Shown here one piece after another: positions 1 to 8,897 of a stretch of DNA of 64,000 nucleotides (within the stretch, counting starts at the first letter, position 1; every line of letters starts with the position of its first letter). Both the position numbers and the translations under genes were made by a program. The stretch spans positions 45,945 through 109,944 of the forward strand of contig DASUSS010000093.1 in assembly GCA_036374995.1 (NCBI GenBank), read 5' to 3'. The stretch is from Longimicrobiales bacterium. Lineage in GTDB: Bacteria > Gemmatimonadota > Gemmatimonadetes > Longimicrobiales > RSA9. The notes below the pieces were generated by a model, which worked only from the letters and a program-made list of their open reading frames with translations, searched no databases and was not told the origin of the DNA.

Positions 1-350
1 AGCGTGCCGCACAGGACGAGCTGCGCCGCATTCGTCGTCGACGCGAGCTGCACCCACTTGATGCAGTCCATCTCGTCTTCCTTCAGCGAGTACTTCTTCA
101 GACCCTCCTTGATCGCCTTCTCCTCCGCCGGAGCGTGAGTCGGCATCCGGTTGATCTGATCGCGGATCCGATCGGCGATACGCTCGCCGTTCTTCGTGGT
201 CCTGCCCTGGGCATTCACGAAGTCGGGAACGAGCACGCGCATGCGGCTCTGCGCCTGCGCGGACGCCGGCGCTGCATGCCCGGCGAACAGTGCGCCGGCC
301 AGCAGCGAGACTCCGAACACCGTGAAGCGACGATTGGACGTGCGTGCCAT
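1..350 (-). CDS. hypothetical secreted protein, N-terminal fragment (continues past the left edge)
   Basis: Minus-strand ATG at 350 gives MARTSNRRFTVFGVSLLAGALFAGHAAPASAQAQSRMRVLVPDF..., which looks like a signal peptide. The frame stays open to base 1 with G/C-rich third positions. It is absent from the ORF track because no stop lies inside the window. Confidence 0.5.
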   Translation of the reverse strand, partial: MARTSNRRFTVFGVSLLAGALFAGHAAPASAQAQSRMRVLVPDFVNAQGRTTKNGERIADRIRDQINRMPTHAPAEEKAIKEGLKKYSLKEDEMDCIKWVQLASTTNAAQLVLCGT

Positions 351-699
351 CTCTCGGTTCTCCATCCCGAAGGAACCCTGTACCACCACCGGCAGGAGGT
401 GGCTACGAATGATAATTGTTAACCTTTTCTGCGCGGAAAGTTCGCCGATCTCAAGGACTTTGGTGCATTCCGTGCAGCGGGTGGCAGGTGCCGGGTACCG
501 GATTGCGGGAATATCCGGCAAATACTACCCGCATCCGGACTGCGTTGCAAGTATCACACCCCGTGCGGTCCCCGGACGGAGGCCGAAAAAGGACGGAACT
601 CTGCAACTCGTCCCGCCCGGAGTCCTGCGGGTCGGTGTGGCATGTCCTCTACAGGGAACAACCCTTGCACCCGCGGGAGACACTCGGAGGGAGGGTCAC

Positions 700-1164
700 A
701 TGAGGGCAGCAGGCCGGGAGATGAGCGCGGAGGAGGCGCGGGCGCGCGCGACGCTGGTGGCGTCGGTGTCGGCGCTGACGGGCGAGGCGCTGGAGCGCCG
801 TCACGAGGCGCTGATGGAGTGGGCGGATACGGAGCTGGGCCTGGAGCGCGCGTATGCGGAGCAGGTCTACGCGCTTGCGGAGCAGGAGGATCTCGAGCCG
901 GTGCTCGCGTTCGAGCTGGTGCGATCGGGTCTGGGCGTGCGGGAGCTGGAGGCGCCGGAGCAGGACATGGGCGAGGCGTCGCAGCAGGCGCCACCGGAGT
1001 GGGTGGCTGAGGAGGTGGTGGAGCTGGACGACGTCGAGCTGGAGCGCCGGCTGCGCGCCAGCTTCCGGCGTCTTCGGTCACATCTTGAGGTGAGCGCTAC
1101 GCCCGCGGCGGCCGTGCAGGCGCTGCTTCAGGATGCGGACATCGGGCTGGTGCAGATGCGCTGA
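700..1164 (+). CDS. hypothetical acidic protein (154 aa)
   Basis: In-frame ATG at 700 inside ORF 196..1164, preceded by GGAGGGAGGG. The upstream part of the ORF is Arg/Cys/Pro-rich noise. From MRAAGREMSAEEARARATLV onward the third-position G/C bias is strong. No domain recognised. Confidence 0.5.
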   Translation: MRAAGREMSAEEARARATLVASVSALTGEALERRHEALMEWADTELGLERAYAEQVYALAEQEDLEPVLAFELVRSGLGVRELEAPEQDMGEASQQAPPEWVAEEVVELDDVELERRLRASFRRLRSHLEVSATPAAAVQALLQDADIGLVQMR

Positions 1165-1169
1165 TCGGC

Positions 1170-1514
1170 TCAGCGCACGAGGAGCTCGGGTTCGCCGAGG
1201 GGCTGCCGGTGAAGCGGCCGGCGTGATTCGCCGCTTCGAGCGGAAACCAGCCGCTCGGTGAAGTCGAGCCGCTCCTCGATGAGATCGAGCCGTCGGCTGA
1301 CCTGATCGAGCAGCATCAGCGTGCGCGCGGTCACCGGATCCTCGGCCACGCGCACGGGCACACGCTCCCGCGTCATCGCCTCCAGCAGGCCGCCGAGCTT
1401 CTTCGTGACCGGCCGCAGAATGAGGACTGCGGCGACACACATGAACAGCGAAATCGGCACCAGCGCTCCCACGACGGGCCTCCATTGTTTCCCGGCATTC
1501 GCACGACGACTCAC
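1170..1514 (-). CDS. hypothetical single-pass membrane protein with charged helical tail
   Basis: 114-aa ORF with a hydrophobic stretch VVGALVPISLFMCVAAVLIL near the N-terminus, followed by a charged helical region. Convergent with 700..1164. Confidence 0.5.
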   Translation of the reverse strand: MSRRANAGKQWRPVVGALVPISLFMCVAAVLILRPVTKKLGGLLEAMTRERVPVRVAEDPVTARTLMLLDQVSRRLDLIEERLDFTERLVSARSGESRRPLHRQPLGEPELLVR

Positions 1515-1581
1515 TCGCCTTGACTACGGATGACGCGGGGCCGGGGTTTCGGCCCGGCCGCTCCCGGCCCATTCACCCAGG

Positions 1582-3354
1582 TCAGCGGGGGAATTCCTTC
1601 GTGTTGTTTGCCGGATCGAGGTCGAGGAGGATGTTGTCCGGATCGAGAGTGACGGACGAGGGTCGCGCGGTCGTGCTCAGGAGCACGATCTGGCGCGTCT
1701 CACGCGATGTCAGGCGCTGCACCGTGTCGCCGACGCGGATGTCGACGGGCATCCACGCCTCGCCGTCGCGAATCACCTCGATGCGGGCGATCCATCGTCC
1801 GTCGGCCGCCTGCCACGTGCTCAGCTCGCCTATGCGGTAGTCGAGCGTGCCCGTCGTATGGATCCACTGGTCGAAGAACCAGTCGAGATCCAGCGGACTC
1901 GCGGCATTGACCGCGGCGCGCAGGTCCGGCTCCGAGACGTGCTCGAGCCGCTTGTCCGCGTAATACCTCCGCAGCGCCGCCCGGAACGCCTCGTCGCCCA
2001 TCAGCCAGTGCAGCATACGGAATACGAGCGACGGCTTCGTGTACGTCATGGCGTTGTACGTCGCGAAATCGCGGAACTCGGCGGAAGGCAGCGCAATCGG
2101 CTGTGTCGCGCCGGCGCGCTCCATCTCACGGATGCGGTTCAGACTCTGTTCCCAGCTCACCGGCCGTCCGGACGCCGCGAACGCCCAGTTGGTCAGGTAG
2201 GAGACGAAGCCTTCGTCGAGCCAGCCCTCGCGCCACTCGTTGTTCGCGAGGATCCCGTGCACGAAGTTGTGACCGACCTCGTGCAGGATGAGCCCCTCGG
2301 ACGCGGAGCCGTCCATCACCATCATCGGGAACTCGGTGCCGCCCGGCTCGATGCGGTGCACGTTCGTGATCTGCGGCCAGGGGAACGGCCCGAAGATCTC
2401 CTCGAACCACTCGAGCGCCGCAATCGTGCGGCTCACGGCTACTCCGTCGTCCCATGCCGTGTCGCCGGGCTGATATAGCACGTGCACCGCGATGTCGCGC
2501 AGCGCACCGCCCTCGTAGACGTATTCCGGGCTCGTCGTCCAGGCGAAGTGGTGAACCTGCTCGGCGCGCCAGCGCACGTGCTTGCGACCGCGGGCAGCCT
2601 GTGCGGACAGCAGCCCGAGCCGCGCCGGCGAGCGGGGCGCATACGCGTCGCGGCGGAGCAGCGGCCGGGCACCGGCGGCCGCCGCGCTCGTCCAGCCGGG
2701 GTCACCCTCGACGGGAACGCCGGTCGCGCCGATGACCTGATCCGCGGCCACATCGAGCGTCACGTCGTAGCTGCCGAACTCGCCATAGAATTCGCCCTGC
2801 GGCATGAGCGGCTGCACCTGCCAGCCGCCGCGGTCGTATACCGCGATGCGCGGATACCACTGGGCGAAGTCGTAGTGTCGCCCGCGCCGGCCCTGGCGGC
2901 GCGGCGTCGTCGACGGACGCGCATCCCACTCGATGTCCACGGTGACCGTCCCGCCGGGCGGAACGGCACGCGGGAGGGGTACGCCCATCACGGTCGAGTC
3001 GGGCGCGCCCGGAAATACGGGCGTGATGCCGGCGCCGCCGATCGTGACGCGCTTCACCCGCTCGAACGCGTGCTCGTCGGGTCCGAGATCGGTGAAGCGG
3101 CGCTCGTCGAACTCCAGCTCGCGGCGCGCCCAGGCGCTGTTGGGCCGGAACGCATTCAGGTGGAGGTGGAACCAGAGCGTGTCGATGCGGGCCGGCGCGT
3201 TGTTGCGGTACCGGAGCCGCAGCCGTCCGTTGAGCACGTCCGCGGCCTCGTCGAGGCGCGCCTCGATCCGATAGTCCACGTGCTGCTGAAAGTACGTGGT
3301 GTCCTGGGCGACGGCAGCGGCGAGGAGCAGGGAGAGCACCAGCATCGTGACCAC
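1582..3354 (-). CDS. M1-family zinc metallopeptidase (aminopeptidase N-like), secreted
   Basis: 590 aa. Signal-like MVTMLVLSLLLAAAVAQD. Gluzincin signature HEVGHNF followed by WLDEGF (HExxH-x18-E). Confidence 0.85.
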   Translation of the reverse strand: MVTMLVLSLLLAAAVAQDTTYFQQHVDYRIEARLDEAADVLNGRLRLRYRNNAPARIDTLWFHLHLNAFRPNSAWARRELEFDERRFTDLGPDEHAFERVKRVTIGGAGITPVFPGAPDSTVMGVPLPRAVPPGGTVTVDIEWDARPSTTPRRQGRRGRHYDFAQWYPRIAVYDRGGWQVQPLMPQGEFYGEFGSYDVTLDVAADQVIGATGVPVEGDPGWTSAAAAGARPLLRRDAYAPRSPARLGLLSAQAARGRKHVRWRAEQVHHFAWTTSPEYVYEGGALRDIAVHVLYQPGDTAWDDGVAVSRTIAALEWFEEIFGPFPWPQITNVHRIEPGGTEFPMMVMDGSASEGLILHEVGHNFVHGILANNEWREGWLDEGFVSYLTNWAFAASGRPVSWEQSLNRIREMERAGATQPIALPSAEFRDFATYNAMTYTKPSLVFRMLHWLMGDEAFRAALRRYYADKRLEHVSEPDLRAAVNAASPLDLDWFFDQWIHTTGTLDYRIGELSTWQAADGRWIARIEVIRDGEAWMPVDIRVGDTVQRLTSRETRQIVLLSTTARPSSVTLDPDNILLDLDPANNTKEFPR

Positions 3355-3527
3355 TCACAGGAGAAATGAGCTGCGCAACCGGCCTTAATACGTAGCCCCG
3401 GCGCGGCCGTCCGTCAAAGCAGCAGCGCCGCTTCCGCACGCGACCGCATGCCCGCTTGCCCGGCGCGCTGCCGCGGGTTCTATTTTCCGCGCCAGCCCGC
3501 TGCAGGGCCCGTCCGGAGCGTGAGCCA

Positions 3528-4520
3528 ATGGAAACGAAGCGACCCACCAATCCGGCCGCCGAGGAAATACTCGGCCAGTACTTCCCCGTTCTCGACCACG
3601 GCTTCGTCTCTCTCGTCGATTACATGGGCGGTGATGAGAGCATCGAGCGCGCGGCACGTGTCAGCTACGGCTACGGCACGCGCAAGTCGAGTCAGACGCG
3701 CGGTCTCATCCGCTATCTGCGCCGTCACCGGCACACCACGCCGAGCGAAATGGTCGAGCTGAAGTTCCATTGCGCCATGCCGATGTTCGTCGCACGCCAG
3801 TGGATCCGTCACCGCACGGCGAACGTCAACGAGTACAGCGGCCGCTACTCGCTCATGCCGCTGCTGTTCTATACGCCGGAGCCGAGCGATTTCGCGCTCC
3901 AGAGCGAGCAGAACAATCAGGGCCGCTCGAGCGAGGCCGCGGATGCCGCGCTCTACCAGGAGACGGTCGCGCGGTGGGAGCGCATGCGCGCGGATGCCGC
4001 GGAGACGTACGGCTGGCTCGTCGCCGAGGATGTCGCTCGCGAGCTCGCCCGCATCGATCTGCCGCTCTCGACCTACACGCAGTGGTACTGGAAGATCGAC
4101 CTGCACAATCTGTTGCACTTCCTCACGCTGCGCGTGGACCCGCACGCCCAGCTCGAGATCCGCGCCTTTGCCGAGGTCATGGCGGGCATGGTGAAGCGCG
4201 TCGCCCCGTTCACGTACGAGGCATGGATCGACTACGACGTCGCGGGCGCCCATCTCAGCCGTGGCGAGCTGTCGGCGCTGCGCTCGCTCCTCGCGATCGC
4301 GGAGGACGGAGTCGGCGTCCGTGCCGGCTCGACGATCAGGCTGGCCGCGCTCGCAGCGCACGGACTGTCGCCACGCGAGGGTCGCGAGCTGCTCGAGAAG
4401 CTGCGTGACCGTGTCGCTCCCGACTTCGAGCTGGACCTCGGCCGCATGCAGCCGCCCGAGGTCGTCGAAGCACGAATGGGCGATGCGGTGCCGAAGGTCG
4501 ACCGGCAGACCGTTGAGTAG
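3528..4520 (+). CDS. thyX: FAD-dependent thymidylate synthase ThyX
   Basis: ThyX signature RHRTANVNEYSGRYS. The N-terminus FPVLDHGFVSLVDYMGGD is typical of the family. Start moved to ATG 3528 (METKRPT...) within ORF 3456..4520. Confidence 0.9.
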   Translation: METKRPTNPAAEEILGQYFPVLDHGFVSLVDYMGGDESIERAARVSYGYGTRKSSQTRGLIRYLRRHRHTTPSEMVELKFHCAMPMFVARQWIRHRTANVNEYSGRYSLMPLLFYTPEPSDFALQSEQNNQGRSSEAADAALYQETVARWERMRADAAETYGWLVAEDVARELARIDLPLSTYTQWYWKIDLHNLLHFLTLRVDPHAQLEIRAFAEVMAGMVKRVAPFTYEAWIDYDVAGAHLSRGELSALRSLLAIAEDGVGVRAGSTIRLAALAAHGLSPREGRELLEKLRDRVAPDFELDLGRMQPPEVVEARMGDAVPKVDRQTVE

Positions 4521-4553
4521 TGCCGGCGTGAGGCGCACTCACGCCGCGGCTTC

Positions 4554-5807
4554 ATGATCGTCATCATCGGCGGCGGCATCAGCGGCCTGACGCTGGCGCA
4601 CGAGCTGGCGCGCCGCGACCGCCGCTTTCTCCTCCTCGAGGCATCTTCACGCGTCGGCGGCGTGATGCGCAGCGGCCGCGTCGAGGGACACCTCCTCGAG
4701 TGGGGTCCGCAGCGCGCACGGCTCACCACCGCCTTCGTGCGGCTCATCGAGGAGCTCGGCCTCCGCGACCAGCTCATTACCGCACCGCACGACCTGCCGC
4801 TGTTCGTGTTCCGGGGCGGCCGCCTGCGCCGGGTTCCGTTCACGCCCGCCGCCTTCGCGCGATCGGACATCCTGTCGCTGAAGGGCAAGCTGCGTCTGCT
4901 GCTGGAGCCGTTCACGCGCGGTGCGCGCGATGACGAGACAGTCGCGGACTTCTTCATCCGCAAGGTAGGGCGCGAAGCGTACGAGAATCTGGCCGGCCCG
5001 CTGTACGGCGGACTCTATGCATCGGACCCGCAGCAGATGATCGTGGGGCTCTCGCTCCGGCACGTGCTCCGCGAGTTCGATGTGCGGCGAAGCATGCTGC
5101 TGCCACTGCTGCGCCGCGGTGGCCGCGTGGCGCCGCCGGATGCGTGCTCGTTCCGCGATGGCCTCGAGACAGTGCCGCACGCACTGCACGCCCGCCACGC
5201 CGCGCACATCCGGCTGAGCACGCCCGTGCGCAGCATCGACCAGGTCGGCGCCGGGTACACGGTGGCCACCGACCGGGAGCGCATCGAGACCGAGCACGTC
5301 GTCATCACGACGCCCGCACCGATTGCCGCCCGCCTGCTGCGCGGCGTAGCCCCGGCCGCGGCCGCCAGCGTCGCGGCTCTCGGCTACAATCCGCTCACGG
5401 TAGTCCACCTGCTCGCGCAGACCCGATTGCGCGGGCTGGGATATCAGGTCTCGCTCGCAGAGCCACTGGTCACGCGCGGCGTCACGTGGAACGATTCGCT
5501 GTTCGATCGCGACGGCGTCTACACCGCGTACCTCGGTGGTGCGAAGAACGCATGGATCGCTCACGAGCCCGCCGACAATGCGGGCCGGATCGCGGCATCC
5601 GAGTTCCGTGCCGTGACGGGCTATGACGCGCGGGTTCTCTCGGTCGCCCAGGAGACCATGCCTGCGTGGGACCGCAGCTGGGCGGCGATCCGGTCGCTCG
5701 GCCTCCCGCCGAACCTGCACATCCATGCGAACTGGCACGCGCGGCCGGGCATTCCCGGCCGGCTGATCATGTCCGCGCGCATTGCGGAGCAGCTCGGCGG
5801 GCGCTGA
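4554..5807 (+). CDS. hemY: protoporphyrinogen/coproporphyrinogen oxidase (HemY-type FAD oxidase)
   Basis: N-terminal dinucleotide fold MIVIIGGGISGLTLAHEL. Mid-region ETVADFFIRKVGREAYENLAGPLYGGLYASDP and SFRDGLETV resemble HemY/PPO. Convergent with ferrochelatase. Confidence 0.7.
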   Translation: MIVIIGGGISGLTLAHELARRDRRFLLLEASSRVGGVMRSGRVEGHLLEWGPQRARLTTAFVRLIEELGLRDQLITAPHDLPLFVFRGGRLRRVPFTPAAFARSDILSLKGKLRLLLEPFTRGARDDETVADFFIRKVGREAYENLAGPLYGGLYASDPQQMIVGLSLRHVLREFDVRRSMLLPLLRRGGRVAPPDACSFRDGLETVPHALHARHAAHIRLSTPVRSIDQVGAGYTVATDRERIETEHVVITTPAPIAARLLRGVAPAAAASVAALGYNPLTVVHLLAQTRLRGLGYQVSLAEPLVTRGVTWNDSLFDRDGVYTAYLGGAKNAWIAHEPADNAGRIAASEFRAVTGYDARVLSVAQETMPAWDRSWAAIRSLGLPPNLHIHANWHARPGIPGRLIMSARIAEQLGGR

Positions 5808-5828
5808 TCGACGACACGGCCGCGCGCG

Positions 5829-6890
5829 TCAGGCGCGCGACAATGCGTTCAGGCAGTACGCTCCGGGCTTGCAGCGGCACTCCTGCCAGGGCGCCTCGCT
5901 GCCGGCCGGCCGCGCGGGCTCGCCGGCGGCCTCGGCAAGGAACGGGACGGTGAGGTCGGCGAGGAACGAGATGAACGCGGGTGCAGCGTGTTCGATGGGT
6001 ACGCGGAAGAATTCCAGCCCGCGCGCCTCGGCCGTCTCGCGCAGCTCGTGGTCGAGCTCGGCCAGCGTCTCCGACTGCTCGTGCATGAAGCTCACCGGAT
6101 CGACGACCACGCGGTCCGCATCGATCTCCTCGATCACATGCCCGACATCCGGTTGCGTCCAGTCGATCGGCCGGTTCGTGTGGTTCTGGTATCCGATCAC
6201 GTACTCCGGCGCTCCGACCCTGCGCGCGACGTCCGCGCAGAAGTCTCGCACGTACACGTCGTAGCGACTGCCCTCCCGGATGTACTTCATCGGCGTGCCG
6301 TGTGCGGAGAACACCAGCTTCGTGCGCGGGTCATCGAGCGACAGATCGTGCTGCCCCAGGACGCGGCGGATCGCGTCCGCGCGGAACTCGAGGTAGGCCG
6401 GATGTCGGTGCCAGCCAGAGATCTGGCGGACGGGTGCGGACCAGAGCTGGGCGCGCATGTCGGACTCGAGCCGGTCGAGCGCCGCGACGGTCGTGGACGG
6501 GCCGCACAGCGGATAGACGGGGAGCGCAACGATCTGCTGCACTCCAGCGCCGCGCGCACGCTTCACGGCGTCGACAATGAACGGCTCCGTGAACTGCATT
6601 CCGAGGATGCAGATCACATCGTGACCGCGGCGCTTCAGCTCCGCCTCCAGCAGCGATGCCTGGTCCCCGGCCTGCGCGCGCAGCGGCGAGCCGCCGATCA
6701 TCTCGTATTCCGCAATCAGTCCCGGCGCGCGCATCTCCGCGAGCCGCTGCGCCCGCTCGCGCGCCGCCTCGCCGCTGCGCCCCTCCAGTGCATCGTTGAT
6801 GCTGAAGATGCGGTGAAGAAACGGCACCACCTCTTCCGGCAGCGGCCGCTCCGGCTCGCCGAAATTGAGCAGCAGTACTGCTGATCTCAT
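5829..6890 (-). CDS. hemH: ferrochelatase
   Basis: MRSAVLLLNFGEPERP... VYPLCGPSTT... FSAHGTPMKY are typical ferrochelatase blocks. ATG at 6890 forms an ATGA overlap with the stop of the upstream peptidase gene. The ORF-track start at 6914 remains possible. Confidence 0.85.
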   Translation of the reverse strand: MRSAVLLLNFGEPERPLPEEVVPFLHRIFSINDALEGRSGEAARERAQRLAEMRAPGLIAEYEMIGGSPLRAQAGDQASLLEAELKRRGHDVICILGMQFTEPFIVDAVKRARGAGVQQIVALPVYPLCGPSTTVAALDRLESDMRAQLWSAPVRQISGWHRHPAYLEFRADAIRRVLGQHDLSLDDPRTKLVFSAHGTPMKYIREGSRYDVYVRDFCADVARRVGAPEYVIGYQNHTNRPIDWTQPDVGHVIEEIDADRVVVDPVSFMHEQSETLAELDHELRETAEARGLEFFRVPIEHAAPAFISFLADLTVPFLAEAAGEPARPAGSEAPWQECRCKPGAYCLNALSRA

Positions 6891-8440
6891 CGTCCTCTGT
6901 TTCCCCGGAACCACTCTACGATGTCGCCGCGACGCGTGGAGTCGCCGATCCCCGCCTCCCGCATGAGCGCCTCGATCTCGTCGATCTCCTGCGGCGCTCC
7001 AGCCGAGACGCGCTCGACGCCGCGCTCGTCGAAGATGAACACGTCCTCGATGCGGACACCGATGTCGCGGTACTTCTCCGCCGCCGGCCGCAGCCGCTGG
7101 ATCATGGCACGGTTGGCGGGCGTGTCCGGCAGGTGGTCGAACACGTCGCCGCGCACGTAGATGCCGGGCTCGATCGTCACGGCACTGCCCGGCTGGAACC
7201 CGCTCTCGCCGTTCGAGATGTCCGGGTCGTGCACGGCGAGGCCCACGCCGTGGCCGAGGCCATGCATGTAGAACAGGCGACTCTGCGGCGCGCTGCGGCC
7301 CGGTGCCGGCTCGTAGGTCGCATCGGCGGCATCGATCAGACCGAGGCGCGCGAGTCCGTTCGCGATCTCCGTGTTCGCCGCATCGTTCAGATCACGCCAC
7401 GTCGCGCCGCGTCGGATCTTCGCAGCCGCAGCCCGCTGCGCCGCGAGCACGACCTCGTAGATCGCGCGCTGCTCGGCCGAGAAGCGCCCGTTGACCGGGA
7501 ACGTGCGCGTCACATCCGCTGCATAGCCGCCGTACGATGCCGCGGCGTCGATGAGCAGCACCTCGCCGTCGTGCATGAATCGGTCGGAGGCCTGGTAGTG
7601 CAGCGTCGTCGAGTTCGGCCCGGATCCGACGATCGACCCGTACGCCGGCCCCTCTGCGCCGTTGCGCCGGAACATGTACTCGACGAGCGCACGGATCTCG
7701 AATTCGTTCATGCCCGGCTCGGTGCTGCGCATCGCCTCGCGATGCGCGAGCGCCGAGATGTGGACGGCGCGCCGGATCCGGTCCAGCTCGGCAGCCGACT
7801 TCTCGCCACGCAGCGTGCGGATCACGCTCTGCACGGTCTTCACCTCGAGGGCAGGGTTCGCCGCGCGGACGCGCGCCAGAACCTGCTGCGGGTAGCTCAC
7901 GTCGGCCGTGAGCGAGGCATCGAGCGGCGGCGCAATCGTCGAGTAGAGCGCGGCCGTCGTGCGGACGAGCGAGTCGAGCACGGCGCCGAACCGCCGCGCC
8001 GACTGCGCGGGTATGCCGGTCAGCGCGCGCGCACGCTCGGGCCCCAGTCGCGCACCCTCCCACACTTCGCGCGCCGGATCACGGTCCAGCACGAACAGCT
8101 GCTCCTGCACACGCGCGCCGTGCTTCACCGCCACGTAGGCGGCGGCGGGCTCCATGATACCGGTCAGGTAACGGAAATCCGGCAGCTGCGCGAACGGCAG
8201 GTAGTCGGCCGCGGGTGGTGGCGCACCGAAGACGACCAGCACGCCATCGCCGATCTGACTCAGAAGCGCGCGCCGGCGTGCGGCATACTCCGCCGCCGCG
8301 ATGGGCTCCGGATCGGCCAATGGCGGCAGTGCAATCTGCGCTGCGCGCTCCGGCGCGGGCGCAGCGTCCGGCAGCACGGTCTGCGGCGTAGCAGCGCACG
8401 CCGTGCACAGGACGAACATCAGAGAACGGAAGATCCGCAT
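6887..8440 (-). CDS. Xaa-Pro aminopeptidase (M24B family), secreted
   Basis: M24 metal-ligand blocks LLIDAAASYGGYAADVTRT, HGLGHGVGLAVHD, EPGIY and IRIEDV. The internal start MRIFRSLMFVLCTACAA (8440) gives a signal peptide, and the longer ORF prefix looks non-coding. Confidence 0.85.
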   Translation of the reverse strand: MRIFRSLMFVLCTACAATPQTVLPDAAPAPERAAQIALPPLADPEPIAAAEYAARRRALLSQIGDGVLVVFGAPPPAADYLPFAQLPDFRYLTGIMEPAAAYVAVKHGARVQEQLFVLDRDPAREVWEGARLGPERARALTGIPAQSARRFGAVLDSLVRTTAALYSTIAPPLDASLTADVSYPQQVLARVRAANPALEVKTVQSVIRTLRGEKSAAELDRIRRAVHISALAHREAMRSTEPGMNEFEIRALVEYMFRRNGAEGPAYGSIVGSGPNSTTLHYQASDRFMHDGEVLLIDAAASYGGYAADVTRTFPVNGRFSAEQRAIYEVVLAAQRAAAAKIRRGATWRDLNDAANTEIANGLARLGLIDAADATYEPAPGRSAPQSRLFYMHGLGHGVGLAVHDPDISNGESGFQPGSAVTIEPGIYVRGDVFDHLPDTPANRAMIQRLRPAAEKYRDIGVRIEDVFIFDERGVERVSAGAPQEIDEIEALMREAGIGDSTRRGDIVEWFRGNRGR

Positions 8441-8537
8441 GATCCCTCCACAAGGATGCGCGGCGAGCATCGGGTCGCACGCGTGACGCCGAAGATACTC
8501 GTCCTGCCGCGCCGCCGGCAATTTACCGGGGTACGGC

Positions 8538-8568
8538 GAAGCCCCGCACCGGTCGGATGCGGGGCTTC
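8538..8568 (-). terminator. perfect 11-bp GC hairpin downstream of tRNA-Val (terminator-like, no U tract)
   Basis: GAAGCCCCGCA-ccggtcgga-TGCGGGGCTTC. It sits between the tRNA-Val 3' end and the next gene start, at the end of the long minus-strand array. Confidence 0.4.
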
Positions 8569-8578
8569 AGCGGACAGG

Positions 8579-8653
8579 TGGGCGCTGCAGGATTCGAACC
8601 TGCGACCCCCTCCTTGTAAGGGAGGTGCTCTGGACCAGCTGAGCTAAGCGCCC
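8579..8653 (-). tRNA. tRNA-Val (anticodon TAC)
   Basis: The reverse complement folds as a cloverleaf: acceptor GGGCGCT/AGCGCCC, D arm GCTC..GAGC, anticodon stem CCTCC/GGAGG with loop CTTACAA, T arm GCAGG-TTCGAAT-CCTGC, discriminator A. CCA is not encoded. Confidence 0.95.
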
Positions 8654-8657
8654 GATG

Positions 8658-8867
8658 TCACAGGATGATGGCGAGCGGCACGAGCACGGCATAGCCGAGC
8701 ACGAGCAGCAGCGGGGCACCGACCGTGGAGCCGCGCGCGAGCAGCATGTAGCCGGCGGTGATCGCGGCGAGTCCGAGCAGCAGCAGCACGCCGTTGATGG
8801 CGGAGAACTTGAGCGACGCGTGCGATTCCGCAGTCGCAGCGGCCCTTTTCCGGGTCCTGTTTCCCAT
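8658..8867 (-). CDS. small membrane protein with two predicted TM helices (69 aa)
   Basis: MGNRTRKRAAATAESHASLKF then two hydrophobic segments, INGVLLLLGLAAITAGYMLL and APLLLVLGYAVLVPLAIIL. Strong G/C third-position bias. Last gene of the array. Confidence 0.55.
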   Translation of the reverse strand: MGNRTRKRAAATAESHASLKFSAINGVLLLLGLAAITAGYMLLARGSTVGAPLLLVLGYAVLVPLAIIL

Positions 8868-8897
8868 GGCTGGAAGCTAACCCTATCGGGGTGATCG

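Noticed and set aside
8579-8653. tRNA-Val as an integration site marking the Che/Mgl array as a mobile island.
   Set aside because: I found no integrase, recombinase or flanking direct repeat. The array has the same codon bias as the surrounding housekeeping genes and is contiguous with rluD/lspA/ileS.
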